The translations under genes were made by a program, and so were the position numbers. Positions 61,827 through 64,000 of a stretch of DNA of 64,000 bases are shown in pieces (position 1 is the first letter of the stretch; the number at the start of each line of letters is the position of its first letter). The notes under the pieces are model-generated. The model worked only from the letters and a program-made list of their open reading frames with translations, had not been told where the DNA came from and did no database searches. Source of the DNA: Eledone cirrhosa (lineage: Eukaryota); NCBI GenBank assembly GCA_964016885.1, contig OZ024758.1, positions 15,562,001 through 15,626,000 on the forward strand. Reading direction: 5' to 3'.

Positions 61827-62063
61827 GTTAACTCTTTTTTATCTCCCCATCACTGAAATCAGTTGAGTTTAGAGCCTTTGATAACCTCAAATTTATGATA
61901 TTCTTTTATTCTTTTACTGGTTTCAGACATTAGATTATGGCCATGCTGGGGCACAACCTTAAACCTTTAGTATTTACATTACATGAAGAATTTTGAGGGA
62001 TTTACTAAAAATTATTTACTATTTCATTACTAGGTGGGATGTGGATATGATTTACTTCCATAA

Positions 62064-62290
62064 GCATACATACATACATACATACATACATATACACACA
62101 TAAATACATACATACATATACACACATACATTCACACATACGTACATACATACATACATACATACATATACACACATCCATACATACATACATACATACA
62201 TACATACACACACATTCATACATACATACATACATACATACATACATACATACATACACATTCATACATACATACATATACACACATTCA

Positions 62291-62322
<32 letters not shown>

Positions 62323-62426
62323 CACACATAAATACATACATACATATACACACATTCATACATACATACATACATATACACACATAAATACATACATACA
62401 TATACACACATACATTCACACATACG

Positions 62427-62458
<32 letters not shown>

Positions 62459-63049
62459 CACACATCCATACATACATACATACATACATACATACACACA
62501 CATTCATACATACACACACACATACATACATACATATACACACATTCATACATACATACATACATACATACATATACACACGTTCATACATACATACATA
62601 CATACATACATACATACATACATACATACACACATAAATACATACATACATATACACACATACATTCACACATACGTACATACATACATACATACATACA
62701 CATTCATACATACATACATATACACACATTCATACATACACACACACACATACATACATACATACATATACACACATTCATACATACATATATACATACA
62801 TACATGATGATGGCTGCCCCCTCGTTATCGAGTATGGCCATTGCACGAGGAGAAAAAAAAATACATACATACATACATACATACATACATACATACATAC
62901 ACACATTCATACATACATACATACATATACATTCATACATATGTACATTCATACATACATACATACACACACACACACATAGATACATATACACACATAC
63001 ATACATACATACATATACACATACACACATTCATACATATACACACATT

Positions 63050-63081
<32 letters not shown>

Positions 63082-63095
63082 CACATACATACATG
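62064..63095. repeat. (TACA)n compound microsatellite with a short insert at ~62805-62860
   Basis: Visible directly. Confidence 0.9.
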
Positions 63096-64000
63096 AATAA
63101 ATACATAAATAATTCCTTTTCTTAATATATTGTGTGCAATCTGTGAGAGAATTGGCAGTTATTTCTAGCAGGTTGTGTATCCACATAGATGCTACTCATC
63201 AGTTTGTGTAATCTATTTAATATTTAATGATGTGAAGGGCACTGGATTAACAGCAGAATTGGTAGAGCATCTGACAACATGCTTAGCAACATGTAGTTAC
63301 AGCCCTTTATGCTCCAAGTTCAAATCCCACCAAAGATAGCTTTGCCTTTCATCCCCTTACAAGGTCGATAAAATAAAGTACCAGTAATGCACTGAGATCG
63401 ATTTAATTGACTAACCCCTCTCTCCCAAAATTGTTGGCCCTGTGCCTAAATCAGAAACCATTATTTAATGATGTGGAACTTTGAAATATATTCTCTATTA
63501 CTGTAATAAGTGTTCCAGCTGACAGGCTGAAACCATGCTGGGGCACCGCCATTATATATATATTGGCAGTATCGGTAGAGGGTTGGACTCCATGCTTTGC
63601 ATCATAGAGTTACGTGCCTTTTCGGTCTGAGTTCAAATCCCGCCGAGGTTAACATTCATTGCCTTTCATCCTTACCGGGTCGATAAAATAAAGTACCAGT
63701 AATACACTGGGATAATTGCTGGCCCTGTGCAAGAAATAGAAACAATTATATATATATATATCATCATCATCATCATTTCATTTTACGTCCGCTTTTTCCC
63801 TGCTTGCAAGGGTGGGACGGGAACTGATTCTGGCTTGATTTCTACAGCTGGATGCCCTTCCTAACACCAACCTCATTTACAGTGAGTGCTGGGTGCTTTT
63901 TTGCCGTGGCACCTCCACAATCACTTTGCAGTGGAATGATAGGGACCCCAGTCCCTATCATCTCATTTCTACAGCTGAGTAAACTGGAGCAATGTGAAAT

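Overview
AT-rich animal genomic DNA, dense in microsatellites and SINEs; the repeat landscape suggests an octopus/coleoid cephalopod (inference). It holds a complete 14-exon PXK (PX domain, pseudokinase, poly-Pro, WH2) gene on the minus strand (CDS 52312->5273, 585 aa assembled by hand) and, head-to-head with it, the first two coding exons of N-acylglucosamine 2-epimerase (RENBP-like) on the plus strand. The last PXK intron (~25.7 kb) carries a very young 11.7-kb Penelope-like retroelement insertion (15644-27371; RT + GIY-YIG, Naiad-like). It consists of two 5'-truncated seamless tandem arrays of a 3531-bp unit joined head-to-head, with both 3' ends running into a (TA)n-rich microsatellite. 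Each unit carries a type I hammerhead ribozyme with a U3-A8 core variant and an extended stem II. About nine short fold-back elements elsewhere in the window show the same architecture, most with a hammerhead core and (TA)n flanks, and many share an ACTC...GAGT(A/G)C stem-loop. All calls come from reading the sequence; no database searches were run.
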